This document shows, one piece after another, positions 37,730-48,760 of a stretch of 64,000 bases of DNA. The notes under the pieces are model-generated. The model ran no database searches. It was not told where the DNA came from and was given only the letters and a program-made list of their open reading frames with translations. How positions within the stretch are numbered: position 1 is the first letter of the stretch; each line of letters opens with the position of its first letter. The position numbers and the translations under genes are program-made. This DNA comes from Bacteroidales bacterium (GTDB taxonomy: Bacteria > Bacteroidota > Bacteroidia > Bacteroidales > G3-4614): positions 1,614 through 65,613 of the forward strand of contig JAFXDI010000023.1 of assembly GCA_017521245.1 (NCBI GenBank), written 5' to 3'.

Positions 37730-38713
37730 ATGAGCGAGAAAAAGAGATGTATAGGCATACTCACCTCAGGAGGTGATGCCCCCGGTATGAATGCGGCTAT
37801 CCGTGCCGTAACACGCACAGCAATTTACAATGGTTTCAGTGTAAAAGGCATTTATAGAGGTTATAAAGGTCTTATCGATAACGACATCGTTGACTTTAAA
37901 ACTCAAAACGTAAGTAATATCATTCAAATGGGTGGTACTATTCTAAAAACCGCTCGCTGTAAAGAGTTCACCACTCCCGAAGGAAGAAAGATTGCTTACG
38001 ACAATATGAAAAAACATGGTATAGATGCCATAGTAGCAATTGGTGGTGATGGAACATTAACTGGTGCAAGAGTATTTGCTACTGAATTTAACTTCCCTAT
38101 TATTGGTATTCCCGGAACTATCGACAATGACCTTTATGGTACAGATCGCACCATTGGTTACGATACTGCTCTAAACACAATAATGGAGTGCGTGGATAAA
38201 ATCAGAGATACTGCCACTTCGCACGAGCGTTTGTTCTTCATAGAGGTTATGGGACGCGATGCCGGTTTCCTTGCTCTTAACGGAGCTATTGCCGCTGGAG
38301 CAGAGGCTGCAATCATACCTGAGATTTCAACAGAGGTTGACCAACTTGAGGAGTTGATTAATAATGGCTTCAGAAAATCAAAAAACAGTAGTATTGTATT
38401 GGTTGCAGAGAGTCCTCACACAGGAGGTGCTATGCACTTGGCAGAACGTGTTAAAGAGGAATTCCCCAAATATGATGTTAGGGTATCTATCTTAGGACAC
38501 CTTCAACGAGGAGGCTCACCTACTGCCGAAGACCGTATCCTTGCAAGCAGAATGGGAGAGGCAGCAATCTCGGCTCTATTAGATGACCAACGCAACGTAA
38601 TGATTGGTGTAAGGAACAACGAGATTGTTTATGTTCCTTTCTCAAAAGCAATCAAATACGACAAACCTATAAACAGAGACCTACTTAACACTCTAAAAAC
38701 TCTTTCTATCTAA
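37730..38713 (+). CDS. pfkA: ATP-dependent 6-phosphofructokinase
   Basis: 327 aa. [33 protein letters not shown] motifs. Confidence 0.95.
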   Translation: MSEKKRCIGILTSGGDAPGMNAAIRAVTRTAIYNGFSVKGIYRGYKGLIDNDIVDFKTQNVSNIIQMGGTILKTARCKEFTTPEGRKIAYDNMKKHGIDAIVAIGGDGTLTGARVFATEFNFPIIGIPGTIDNDLYGTDRTIGYDTALNTIMECVDKIRDTATSHERLFFIEVMGRDAGFLALNGAIAAGAEAAIIPEISTEVDQLEELINNGFRKSKNSSIVLVAESPHTGGAMHLAERVKEEFPKYDVRVSILGHLQRGGSPTAEDRILASRMGEAAISALLDDQRNVMIGVRNNEIVYVPFSKAIKYDKPINRDLLNTLKTLSI

Positions 38714-38764
38714 AAAGAGTTATTTAGTGATAAGTAATGGTATAGATTAACTAATAAACGAGAG

Positions 38765-41023
38765 ATGCCCAATAGCAAAATATCGGAAGAGGAGTTGATT
38801 GAAGGGGAATTTCAGAAACTGCTTTCGGAATACTTATCTTCAAATCACCGCAAAAGAACCGAAATAATTGAGCGTGCTTATCACTTTGCAAAAGAGGCAC
38901 ACCAAGGTGTTCTACGACAATCGGGAGAGCCATATATTCTACACCCGATTGCCGTAGCACGTATTGCGTGTAAAGAGATAGGATTGGGCTCTACTTCAAT
39001 TTGTGCCGCTCTACTTCACGATGTGGTAGAGGACACAGAATACACCATCGAAGATATTGAGAATCTGTTTGGTAAAAAGATTGCTCAACTTGTTGATGGA
39101 CTGACTAAAATAGCAGGTGGAATATTTGGAGATAAAGCATCGGAACAAGCCGAGAACTTTAGAAAGCTGCTCATTACAATGTCGGAGGATATTCGCGTCA
39201 TATTGATTAAGATGGCTGATCGTCTCCACAATATGCGTACCCTCTCATCGCTATATAAAAGCAAACAACACAAAATAGCAGGAGAGACTCTGTACATCTA
39301 TGCTCCTCTTGCTCACCGATTGGGATTGTTCGCCATAAAGACAGAGTTAGAAGACCTAAGTTTCAAATATGAGCAACCCAAAATCTACAACGAGATAAAG
39401 CAAAAGATTACTGCAACGGAAACAGAGAGGGAGGCAGAGTTTAAAAACTTCGCCGTTCCTATTGTAGAGAAACTCAACGAACTTGGTATAAGTTACGAGA
39501 TAAAAGCAAGAATAAAGAGCATATACTCTATCTGGAAGAAGATGGAGAATAAACATATTCCATTTGAAGAGGTATACGACCTTTATGCTGCAAGAATAAT
39601 TTTTACTCCCAAAAGAGAGGAAGATGAAAAACGCGAATGTTGGGAGATATACTCTATAATAACCGACATATACCGACCTCATCCCGACCGCATCAGAGAT
39701 TGGATTAGCAGACCTAAAGCAAACGGCTATCAGGCTCTACACGTTACGGTTATGGGCAAAGATGGCAACTGGGTTGAAGTGCAAATTCGTTCAAAGAAGA
39801 TGGATGAGATTGCCGAGCGAGGTTTTGCCGCTCACTGGAAATACAAAACAGGAGAGAATACCGATTACAACGAGCGTGAAAACGAACTCGACACATGGCT
39901 CAAAACCATTAAAGAGATATTGGAACATCCCGAGCCTAATGCACTCGATTTTCTAGACACTATAAAACTAAACCTATACGCATCTGAGATTTTTGTATTT
40001 ACGCCCAAAGGGGATATTAAGACATTCCCCAAAGATGCGACTGCTCTTGACTTTGCATTCACACTTCACTCTGATATTGGATACCATTGTATTGCAGCAA
40101 AGGTAAACCACAAACTTGTTCCTTTAAGTCAGAGATTACAGAGTGGTGACCAAGTAGAGATTTTAACATCCAAATCGCAACGTCCCAAACAGGAGTGGAT
40201 CAACTTTATTACAACTGCAAAATCTAAAACCAGACTTATTGCTGCTCTACGAAAAGACCGAAAGAACATAGCATCAAAAGGAGAGGTTATGTTTAAGGCT
40301 TTTATAGAAGCACAAAGCGATAATATAGACACCGAAGCTCTGATAAAACGACTTATAAATCACTTCAAGATAAATCGCAGAGATGAGCTCTTCTTTCTTA
40401 TAGGTAACGGAGATATTACCCTTGATGCCAATATCCTTAAAGTTACAGAGGAGAAGAGCGACAACATTATTATCAGATACCTTAAAAAGCCTTTCTCAGC
40501 CCTTACCTTAAACAAAACAGCCGAGAAAGAAAAAGAGAAAGAGGAGGATGACAACGAATTTATTGATCGCACATCAATATTCTATATACGTCCCGAAGAG
40601 GAGGGAAAACGATACACCTTTGCTTCGTGCTGTACCCCTATCCCCGGTGAAGAGGTTATTGGTTATGTTAACGACAACGAAACAGTTACAATTCATAAAG
40701 TTGATTGTTCTGTTGCCACTCGTCTAAAAAGTAGTTTTGGAGAGAGACTTGTTGCCGCACGTTGGATTGAGGGTATTGGACAAAAACCTGTTGCCGCAAC
40801 AATTGAGATAAACGGAATAGACTCCGTTGGAGTGTTGAATCATATCACGCAAATTATATCACGCGATATGGCAATTAATATTCGTGCCATAACCATTGAA
40901 ACTAAAGATGGGCTCTTTACAGGAAAACTCTCAATAATGGTTAATGACGCTAAAAAGATTACAGCTCTATGCTCAAGTCTTAAAAAAATTGCAGAGGTTA
41001 AATCTGCCACAAGAATTGATTAA
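38765..41023 (+). CDS. bifunctional RelA/SpoT-family (p)ppGpp synthetase/hydrolase
   Basis: 752 aa. HD hydrolase motif (HPIAVA, LLHDVVEDT), synthetase region (YAARIIF...GYQALHVTV), TGS, and C-terminal ACT-like domain. Confidence 0.93.
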   Translation: MPNSKISEEELIEGEFQKLLSEYLSSNHRKRTEIIERAYHFAKEAHQGVLRQSGEPYILHPIAVARIACKEIGLGSTSICAALLHDVVEDTEYTIEDIENLFGKKIAQLVDGLTKIAGGIFGDKASEQAENFRKLLITMSEDIRVILIKMADRLHNMRTLSSLYKSKQHKIAGETLYIYAPLAHRLGLFAIKTELEDLSFKYEQPKIYNEIKQKITATETEREAEFKNFAVPIVEKLNELGISYEIKARIKSIYSIWKKMENKHIPFEEVYDLYAARIIFTPKREEDEKRECWEIYSIITDIYRPHPDRIRDWISRPKANGYQALHVTVMGKDGNWVEVQIRSKKMDEIAERGFAAHWKYKTGENTDYNERENELDTWLKTIKEILEHPEPNALDFLDTIKLNLYASEIFVFTPKGDIKTFPKDATALDFAFTLHSDIGYHCIAAKVNHKLVPLSQRLQSGDQVEILTSKSQRPKQEWINFITTAKSKTRLIAALRKDRKNIASKGEVMFKAFIEAQSDNIDTEALIKRLINHFKINRRDELFFLIGNGDITLDANILKVTEEKSDNIIIRYLKKPFSALTLNKTAEKEKEKEEDDNEFIDRTSIFYIRPEEEGKRYTFASCCTPIPGEEVIGYVNDNETVTIHKVDCSVATRLKSSFGERLVAARWIEGIGQKPVAATIEINGIDSVGVLNHITQIISRDMAINIRAITIETKDGLFTGKLSIMVNDAKKITALCSSLKKIAEVKSATRID

Positions 41024-41047
41024 ACACCATATTGTCACAAGATAGTT

Positions 41048-43084
41048 ATGAGTAAAGATAAATTAAAGAATACAAGCAGAATAATATGGCAAACTCTATT
41101 TTTTATATTTGCCGTTTCACTAACAATAACTTTTATCCCTCGCGAAAAACAATTTCGCTATCACTTTGAAAAGGGCAAACCTTGGAGATATGGACTACTT
41201 ACCGCTCCTTTTGACTTTCCCATATATAAAAGCGAGCAAGATATTGCAATAGAGAGAAACAACATTATAAACTCTCATATCCCTTTCTTTTTAAGTGACA
41301 AGGAGAGGCCTGTAAATGAATTAGCAGACTTTAGGGCAAATAACAAATCTTCTGACATAGACTCTATGGCTATGTTTGCTCAAATAGAGGGATTACTTAA
41401 AAAGGTTTACGAAAAAGGTGTTGTAGATATTGAAAATTACGACTCTTTAAAAGGCGACAAAACCAAAATTAGAATAAAAAATGGAGGAATAGCAACAGAA
41501 TATAGCGTTGACAACCTATTGACTCCCAGAATGGCATACGAATATATTTTAAGAAACTGCAAAACCCCTGAAACAAAAGAGGTGGCGAGCAATATAAATT
41601 TAAATTTATATATAGAACCAAATCTTATATATGACACTGAATCAAATAACAGAACCATTAATCAACAGATAGACAACATTCTGCCAACTGCTGGAATGAT
41701 TCAGAAGGGAGAAAGAATAATAGACAAAGGCGTAATTGTCACTCCCGAAATACTCAGAGTCTTAAACTCTTTTGAAAAAGAGACATTAAAGAATAAGGTA
41801 GATGTAAATGAAGGTTGGTACACTCTTAGTGGTGAAGTATTATTGGTTTTAATAATATATTCGTTCCTATACCTCTATTTAGGACTCTTCCGCAAGAGAA
41901 TATTCAGTGATATCAGAAAGTTGTCTCTATTGATGCTGATGATATTGATTATAGTAATCTCTTCGTACCTACTATCGCAACGTTGGTTATTAGGAGTATA
42001 TATGGTTCCGTTTGCTGTGTTACCAATAATTGTTGTAACCTTTATGGACACAAGAACTGCGCTATATGCAAGCATTGTTGCAATAATGTTATCGTGTTGG
42101 TCTTCGCCATTCCCAATAGAGTATGTTCTTCTTCAATTAATTGTTAGTATGACTGCAATTAACTCACTAAAAGAGCTTACAAAACGCTCACAAATGTTCC
42201 GCAGTATTGTATTAATGTTTATTGCATATTGTGTGACATATATTGCATACGTACTAATGACCGAAGGTGACTTTGCGAAGATAAACTTCTCGATGTTCCT
42301 ATTCTTGGGTATAAACTGTTTTATGCTTCTCTTCGCCTACATATTTATATATATGATAGAGAAGTTATGGGGATTCACTTCAAACGTTATGTTGGTGGAG
42401 TTGGCAGACCTCAACTCTCCCCTTTTGAAAACATTGTCGGAGAAGTGTCCGGGAACATTCCAACATGCTACTCAAGTTGCTAACCTTGCAGCCGAAGCTG
42501 CCAAAGCAATAGGGGCAAATGCCTTACTTGTCAGAACAGGAGCTCTATACCACGACATAGGCAAGAGCGCAAACCCTATGTTCTTTACAGAGAATCAACA
42601 CGAGATAAATCCACATAAAAATCTATCATACAAAGAGAGTGCAAGGATAATAATCTCTCACGTAAAAGAGGGTATGAAATTGGCAAAGAGTTATCATATA
42701 CCAGAATCAATAAAGGGATTCATTACAACTCACCATGGTGTTAGTAAAGCAAAATACTTCTACACTATGTACAAAAACGAGCATCCCGAGGAGGAGGTTG
42801 ATGAGACACTATTTACTTACGAAGGGCCCAAACCAAGAACTAAGGAGGAGGGTATTTTAATGATAGCCGATATTATTGAGGCTAAATCTCGTTCTCTTAA
42901 AGACTTCTCCCAAGAGTCGTTAAGCAGAATTGTTAATGGTACTATCGATGATATCGTTGCAGAAGGTCAGCTATCAGACACTCCTCTAACTTTCCGCGAT
43001 GTAACCGAAATTCGCAAAGTTCTGATTGGCAGATTAGAGGCAATATACCACCCTCGCATAAGTTATCCTGAAGCTAAGAAATAG
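41048..43084 (+). CDS. 7TM-receptor / HD-domain phosphohydrolase (PgpH/YqfF-like)
   Basis: 678 aa. Extracytoplasmic N-terminal domain, 7 TM helices, HD domain with HATQVANL, LYHDIGKS, TTHHG. Starts 24 nt after the RelA/SpoT stop. Confidence 0.85.
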   Translation: MSKDKLKNTSRIIWQTLFFIFAVSLTITFIPREKQFRYHFEKGKPWRYGLLTAPFDFPIYKSEQDIAIERNNIINSHIPFFLSDKERPVNELADFRANNKSSDIDSMAMFAQIEGLLKKVYEKGVVDIENYDSLKGDKTKIRIKNGGIATEYSVDNLLTPRMAYEYILRNCKTPETKEVASNINLNLYIEPNLIYDTESNNRTINQQIDNILPTAGMIQKGERIIDKGVIVTPEILRVLNSFEKETLKNKVDVNEGWYTLSGEVLLVLIIYSFLYLYLGLFRKRIFSDIRKLSLLMLMILIIVISSYLLSQRWLLGVYMVPFAVLPIIVVTFMDTRTALYASIVAIMLSCWSSPFPIEYVLLQLIVSMTAINSLKELTKRSQMFRSIVLMFIAYCVTYIAYVLMTEGDFAKINFSMFLFLGINCFMLLFAYIFIYMIEKLWGFTSNVMLVELADLNSPLLKTLSEKCPGTFQHATQVANLAAEAAKAIGANALLVRTGALYHDIGKSANPMFFTENQHEINPHKNLSYKESARIIISHVKEGMKLAKSYHIPESIKGFITTHHGVSKAKYFYTMYKNEHPEEEVDETLFTYEGPKPRTKEEGILMIADIIEAKSRSLKDFSQESLSRIVNGTIDDIVAEGQLSDTPLTFRDVTEIRKVLIGRLEAIYHPRISYPEAKK

Positions 43085-43121
43085 GGTTATATCTATAGTA
43101 CTCTTTACTGCTATATTGTTA

Positions 43122-43355
43122 ATGGTCTTAGCTATAATTGTAGCTGTGGCAGCGTTTTACCTTATTGTGTTTATTATTGCTTTTATATACAACAGTTATC
43201 TTATTGCTTCGGGTAAAATGAACAGAGAAGAACTCGCTCAAAAAGTAGCAATAGATAGTGATAAACGCAAAAAGGAACGATCAGAAAGAAGAAAAAAGAG
43301 AAAAGAGAGGTATGAAAGATGGCTCTCCTTCCCTACTCGGGTTCCATGGCAATAA
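43122..43355 (+). CDS. single-pass membrane protein with Arg/Lys-rich tail (hypothetical, ~77 aa)
   Basis: I prefer ATG 43122 (MVLAIIVAVAAFYLIVFIIAF...KRKKERSERRKKRKERYERW). The track start is a TTG at 43116. Confidence 0.4.
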   Translation: MVLAIIVAVAAFYLIVFIIAFIYNSYLIASGKMNREELAQKVAIDSDKRKKERSERRKKRKERYERWLSFPTRVPWQ

Positions 43356-43570
43356 AGTATAAGAAAACCTACTAGAATAAAAAAGCAAATATATAAACCT
43401 ATGTAGGCTATCTTAACAAGATAAATTGCTTACATTTAACAACATTATTATAGATATACTCACTAATTACACCTATCATTATAACAAAACTATCTAAATA
43501 AGATAAGAGATATAAATCTACAACTGGTTGATATCTTGTATTTATTTTTCGGAATTATCAATTTATTAGC

Positions 43571-43604
43571 ACAAAAAAAAGAGGAGTCTTACAACTCCTC
43601 TTTT
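43571..43604 (-). terminator. rho-independent terminator after secDF
   Basis: Stem AAAAGAGGAGT / ACTCCTCTTTT with 6-nt loop. The minus strand continues with a T-run (A8 on the plus strand at 43573-43580). Confidence 0.75.
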
Positions 43605-43626
43605 CATATCTAATGCCTAACGGCAA

Positions 43627-46470
43627 TTATTTCTCTGCTTTCTTTGCTTTTTTATTCAATATTGAATATGCAGTAGGCACAGCCAAGAACAATGTTGAGA
43701 TTGTTCCTGATATAACACCTAATGTCATTGCAAAGATGAAACTACGGATTGTATCACCTCCCAATATAAACATACAAAGCAGTACCAATATTGTACTCAA
43801 TGATGTATTTATTGTACGAGACAATGTTGCATTAAGAGCATTATTGAACAATAGTAGTTTCTCGCGTTTTGGATATAAACCTGTCTCCTCACGGATACGG
43901 TCAAATACCACCACCTTATCATTTACTGAGTAACCGATAACTGTTAGAATTGCTGCAATAAATGCTTGGTCAATCTCCATTGAGAATGGCAATAATCCGC
44001 TGAATAGAGAGTAGAATGCCAAGATAAACAACGCATCAAATGTCAATGCAACCAATGTACCGATACTGAATGCGATGTCGCTAAAGCGAACTAACACATA
44101 AAGAGCAATTGCTATCAACGATAGGATAACTGCCCAAATTGCTCCGTATGCAATCTCTTTTGCAATTGAGTTATCAACTTTCTCGATACTTGCAACAATT
44201 CCTGACTCTTGTGATTTGAACTCATCTAATGTTACATCACCAAGTTTTGGTTGTAATGCTTTATATAGTTTGTCCAAAATCAAAGTCTCAACTTCAGGAT
44301 TGCTGTCTGTAATCTTGTAGTTAGTTGATACACGAACTTGGTTGTCGTTACCAATTGTGATAACAGATACTGCTGCTCCCTCCTCATCTGCAAATTGAGC
44401 ACGTACCATTGCAGCAATCTCTTGTGTATTTGCTTTCTCGTTAAGTGCAATTACATAGTTACGACCTCCTGTGAAATCAATTCCTTTATCCAATCCTAAT
44501 GTAGTAAGAGATGCTACTCCAACCAATGAGATAATTGCAAATGTTATGAAAGAAACTTTACGATTCTTCAAGAAGTTGAAGTTAGTATTTGTTAGGAAAT
44601 TCTTAGTTAAAGGAGTTGAGAATGTAAGGTTCTTAATCCAGTTCTTTGATAGCGCAAATTCATAGAACAAGCGAGTCAAGAATACTGCAGTAAAGAACGA
44701 TACAATAATACCTATTATAAGAGTTGTTGCAAATCCTTTGATAGGACCTGTTCCGAACACAAATAGAATAATACCTGTAATGATTGATGTAATGTTTGCG
44801 TCAAAGATTGCAGAGAAGGCATTTTTGTAACCATCGGCAATTGATGCTGCAAGTGATTTTCCACCACGCAACTCCTCTTTTGCACGCTCATAAATTAGTA
44901 CGTTAGCATCCACTGCAATTGCAAGTGATAGCACAAGTCCGGCAATACCTGACAAAGTTAACACTGCTTGGAACGATGCTAAAATACCAATTGTAAAGAA
45001 CAAGTTGATGATAAGAGCAACGTTTGCGACCAATCCAGGAACTACTCCATATACAGCAATCATATATATCATCAATATCACAATTGCCAATATAAATGAA
45101 ACTATACCACTATCAATTGCCTCTTGTCCAAGAGAGGGACCGATTACTGCTTTTTGTTTAACCTCAACAGATGCTGACATCTTACCTGATTTCAACACTG
45201 TTGCAAGGTCTCTAGCCTCATCAACTGTAAAGTTTCCACTGATTTGTGAGTTACCACCTTTAATCTCAGTATTTACAACTGGGAATGAATATACATGACC
45301 ATCAAGCACGATTGCGATACAACGACCAATGTTGTCTCTTGTTATTTGAGCCCATTTTTCAGCAGCAACCTCATTCATGCTCATGCTAACCACTGATTGG
45401 TTAGTAAAACGATCAAAATCATCACTTGCTGTGTTTATAATGTCCTCTTCTCCAAGTGATGCTTTACCTGCTGGAGTTGCTTTCAATGCAACCAATTGGT
45501 AGATTTTTGAACCCTCCTCAATAGGTTTAACGCTCCAACGAAGTACCAAGTCTGCCGGTAACATATCTTTTACTTGAGGTAAAGAGAACATGCTATCGAT
45601 AGCAGCCATATCGTTCTCACGAGCATATCCTAATACTGGACTTCCAGGAACATTTGAGGGAGAAAGAAGAGAGAAGATTGTTGTTGCTTTAACAGAATCG
45701 TTCTCTACATTTGACATCTCTTGCAATTTTGTATCAGCAGCCATCAATGATGAACTAACTTGATCAAAATTGTAAGTTTCCCAGAACTCTAAGTTTGCAC
45801 TTCCTTGAAGAAGTTTCTCAACACGCTCAGGTTCTTTTACACCGGGTAACTCAATTAAGATACGACCTGAACCTTTAATTTTTTGGATATTGGGCGAAAC
45901 AACTCCATATTGGTCGATACGTTTACGAAGTACCTCTACTGTACTATTTACAATATCATCCAACTCAGTTTCCAATACGGCTAAAACTTTATCGTTTGAG
46001 TCGCCCGGACCAATTTGTCCTCTATTAGATGAGTTGGCAAAAATTGAAGCCAATTGAATGTCCGGATCAATTTTTTGATATTCATCCATGAAAATTTCAA
46101 GGAAGTTTCCACCATCTAATCTTTGAGCGGCTGCTCTTTCTACTGCCAAGTTAAAGTTTTCATCCGGATTGTTTCTTGAAAGTTTACGAAGTACCTCATC
46201 AACAGAAACTTGAAGAGTTACTGTCATACCTCCTTTTAGGTCCAATCCAAGACCTACACCCATCTCTTGACATTGTTTAAATGTGTACCAAAGATATACC
46301 TTCTCAGTAGAGATTGAGTCAAGGTAATCAGCATACTTTTGCTCATCTCCTGCGGCAAACTCTTCGGCTTTCTTAATTTGGCGGTTCGTTACTACCGAGA
46401 ATGATAGGTAAAAGATACATACCAAAGTCAATAGCACCGCAAAAACTCTAATAAATCCTTTGTTTTGCAT
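43627..46470 (-). CDS. secDF: protein translocase subunit SecDF (fused)
   Basis: 947 aa. SecD-type periplasmic head plus 6 TM, followed by a SecF-type 6 TM half. The fusion is typical of Bacteroidota. Confidence 0.95.
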   Translation of the reverse strand: MQNKGFIRVFAVLLTLVCIFYLSFSVVTNRQIKKAEEFAAGDEQKYADYLDSISTEKVYLWYTFKQCQEMGVGLGLDLKGGMTVTLQVSVDEVLRKLSRNNPDENFNLAVERAAAQRLDGGNFLEIFMDEYQKIDPDIQLASIFANSSNRGQIGPGDSNDKVLAVLETELDDIVNSTVEVLRKRIDQYGVVSPNIQKIKGSGRILIELPGVKEPERVEKLLQGSANLEFWETYNFDQVSSSLMAADTKLQEMSNVENDSVKATTIFSLLSPSNVPGSPVLGYARENDMAAIDSMFSLPQVKDMLPADLVLRWSVKPIEEGSKIYQLVALKATPAGKASLGEEDIINTASDDFDRFTNQSVVSMSMNEVAAEKWAQITRDNIGRCIAIVLDGHVYSFPVVNTEIKGGNSQISGNFTVDEARDLATVLKSGKMSASVEVKQKAVIGPSLGQEAIDSGIVSFILAIVILMIYMIAVYGVVPGLVANVALIINLFFTIGILASFQAVLTLSGIAGLVLSLAIAVDANVLIYERAKEELRGGKSLAASIADGYKNAFSAIFDANITSIITGIILFVFGTGPIKGFATTLIIGIIVSFFTAVFLTRLFYEFALSKNWIKNLTFSTPLTKNFLTNTNFNFLKNRKVSFITFAIISLVGVASLTTLGLDKGIDFTGGRNYVIALNEKANTQEIAAMVRAQFADEEGAAVSVITIGNDNQVRVSTNYKITDSNPEVETLILDKLYKALQPKLGDVTLDEFKSQESGIVASIEKVDNSIAKEIAYGAIWAVILSLIAIALYVLVRFSDIAFSIGTLVALTFDALFILAFYSLFSGLLPFSMEIDQAFIAAILTVIGYSVNDKVVVFDRIREETGLYPKREKLLLFNNALNATLSRTINTSLSTILVLLCMFILGGDTIRSFIFAMTLGVISGTISTLFLAVPTAYSILNKKAKKAEK

Positions 46471-46534
46471 AATATTTAATGTTTCAGTTATATTCCTATT
46501 ACCCCCTTTAAGGGGATTTTAATTCAATATCGTG

Positions 46535-46565
46535 CAAAGATAGAACTTTTTTCGTTTATGACAAT
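46535..46565 (-). promoter_or_regulatory. putative promoter for secDF
   Basis: On the minus strand: ATTG (46565-46562), 19-nt spacer, TATCTTTG (46542-46535). The leader contains the palindrome CCCCTTTAAGGGG (46503-46515). Confidence 0.4.
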
Positions 46566-46690
46566 AAAATAGTTAATATAAATCAACATTTAAGGGTGAT
46601 ATTCTTATTTTAAACAATAAAATGGTATATAAAATGAGAGAAAAGTGAGCGTTTATGATTAACTTTACACCCGAATTTTAAAAATTAGGA

Positions 46691-48631
46691 ATGAAAAATA
46701 ACAGAATACAATTTTTTACACGACTTTTTTCGGTAATATTATCCTCTATAATTGTTGTTTCGTGTGCAAGTATTGGCACTCCTTCCGGAGGTCCTCGCGA
46801 TTACGCACCACCTGTTTTCAAAAAAAGCAACCCGGAGCCAAATCAAACCGAGGTAAAAAGCAGAAAACTCACTTTGGAATTTGATGAAGTTCTTCAATTA
46901 GACAATCCTTCGGAAAATGTAATTATATCTCCTCCTCAAAAAGAGATGCCTAAAATTAAAGCAAACCTGAAGAGGATTGACATAGAGCTTATTGACTCAC
47001 TGCTCCCAAACACTTCGTACACCATTGATTTTGGAAGTGCCATAAAGGACAACAACGAAGGCAATATATTAAATGGTTTTAGTTTGGCCTTTTCAACCGG
47101 CAAGATATTAGACACGCTTCAAATATCAGGAACAGTTTTAAATGCAAGCAACTTAGAGCCTGTTACCGGAATGACTATCGGACTACATCCTGCCGATAAC
47201 GATACTGCATTTACAACTCTGCCATTTTCAAGAGTTACACGCACCGACCTATACGGAGGATTCTCCATAAAAAATCTCGCCGAGGGCAGATATAAAGTGT
47301 ATGGAGTAATAGATGCCGATCGCAACTATATGTTCAATGCACCAACAGAGAATATAGCTTTTTACGATGAGATTATCATCCCTTCAGCTAAGGTAACTAC
47401 CCATACAGACACAATCTTTAGCGATAGCACTCGCACCGTTATAGATACTATTATGACTCATAGTACAACCAAGTTCTTTCCCGATTCAATAGTACTGTTT
47501 GCATTTAACGAAGGGCAAAAGCCTCTATATCTTGCAAAGCATGACAGAAAAGACAGAGAGAAGCTAACCGTTACACTTTCAGACGCAACCAGAAAGTTAA
47601 TGAAACTCACGCCTGTAAATTTTGAGGCAAAAGAGGATTGGACCATAATAGAGCGTAACGTAACAAATGACACCCTTACCTTCTGGATAGAAGATTCTCT
47701 CATATATAATCTTGATACACTACAAGTTATTGCTGATTATCTTAAAACCGATTCTATTCTAAATATAGTTCCAGCAAGTGATACCCTTAATTTTATATAT
47801 AGAGAAGGGCCAACATCAAATAAAAACTCAAATAACGAAGAGGCAACACAATCTCGACGCCGCAGAGCAAAAACCGACACCATTAGGGTTGAAAGTTTAG
47901 AACTTGACAAGTCGATCTCTGGATTAATAGATATTTTCACATCACCTGCTATAAGGTTTGAAACTCCGCTAAGCAAGCTTGACAAAGATAAAATATCACT
48001 TAAAACCATCGTTGACTCCACTTGGATCGATGTCAGCGATTGGAGCATAGACAAAGATACTCTATCTCCTCGCCGATATATCATTAAGCACAAATGGGAG
48101 TTTGACAAAAAATATCTTCTATCTCTTGACTCTGCTTGTGCAACATCTATTTACGGACTATCAAACGACAGCATAGGTATTGATTTTAAAGTAAAGAAGA
48201 GTTCAGACTATTCAAATTTATACGTTGAGACAATAGGTGTTCAATCGGGGGCATTTGCCGAGTTATTAGACACAAAAGATACTCCCGTCAGATTTGCCAC
48301 CATAAAAAACGGAGGGGCAGAGTTTCCCTTTGTAAAACCCGGCAAGTATTATATAAGATTGGTTATTGATAGTGATAACAACAAAAAATTCACTACTGGC
48401 AATTTTAAAAAGAGATTGCAACCCGAAAAGACATACTACTACTCTAAACTCATTGAGTTAAAGGCAAATTGGGATATTGAACAGACTTGGGATGTTTTCG
48501 AGAAACCTTTTACTAAGCAAAAACCTTACGACTTGATTAAGAACAAGCCTAAGAAAGACAAAAACAAACCTAAGAAAGTAGAAGAGGATAACGATCCCAT
48601 ATACTCAAACAGACCATCTGCTAAATTTTAA
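46691..48631 (+). CDS. Ig-like (Big_5/SbsA-type) domain lipoprotein
   Basis: 646 aa. Lipobox VVSCAS, then GTPSGGPRDYAPPVF..SNPEPNQTEV...LTLEFDE, as in conserved Bacteroidales Ig-like domain proteins. Lys-rich tail. Confidence 0.6.
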   Translation: MKNNRIQFFTRLFSVILSSIIVVSCASIGTPSGGPRDYAPPVFKKSNPEPNQTEVKSRKLTLEFDEVLQLDNPSENVIISPPQKEMPKIKANLKRIDIELIDSLLPNTSYTIDFGSAIKDNNEGNILNGFSLAFSTGKILDTLQISGTVLNASNLEPVTGMTIGLHPADNDTAFTTLPFSRVTRTDLYGGFSIKNLAEGRYKVYGVIDADRNYMFNAPTENIAFYDEIIIPSAKVTTHTDTIFSDSTRTVIDTIMTHSTTKFFPDSIVLFAFNEGQKPLYLAKHDRKDREKLTVTLSDATRKLMKLTPVNFEAKEDWTIIERNVTNDTLTFWIEDSLIYNLDTLQVIADYLKTDSILNIVPASDTLNFIYREGPTSNKNSNNEEATQSRRRRAKTDTIRVESLELDKSISGLIDIFTSPAIRFETPLSKLDKDKISLKTIVDSTWIDVSDWSIDKDTLSPRRYIIKHKWEFDKKYLLSLDSACATSIYGLSNDSIGIDFKVKKSSDYSNLYVETIGVQSGAFAELLDTKDTPVRFATIKNGGAEFPFVKPGKYYIRLVIDSDNNKKFTTGNFKKRLQPEKTYYYSKLIELKANWDIEQTWDVFEKPFTKQKPYDLIKNKPKKDKNKPKKVEEDNDPIYSNRPSAKF

Positions 48632-48760
48632 CAGCGGATTTTTAGACATTGACTACACTATCACTTAAAACAAAAAATTATAGTCGATAAATTATAGAAG
48701 TACCCATAAAAATGAGTACCTTTGCAAAGTTTTATAAAAAAAGTAAATAAAATAGACAAA

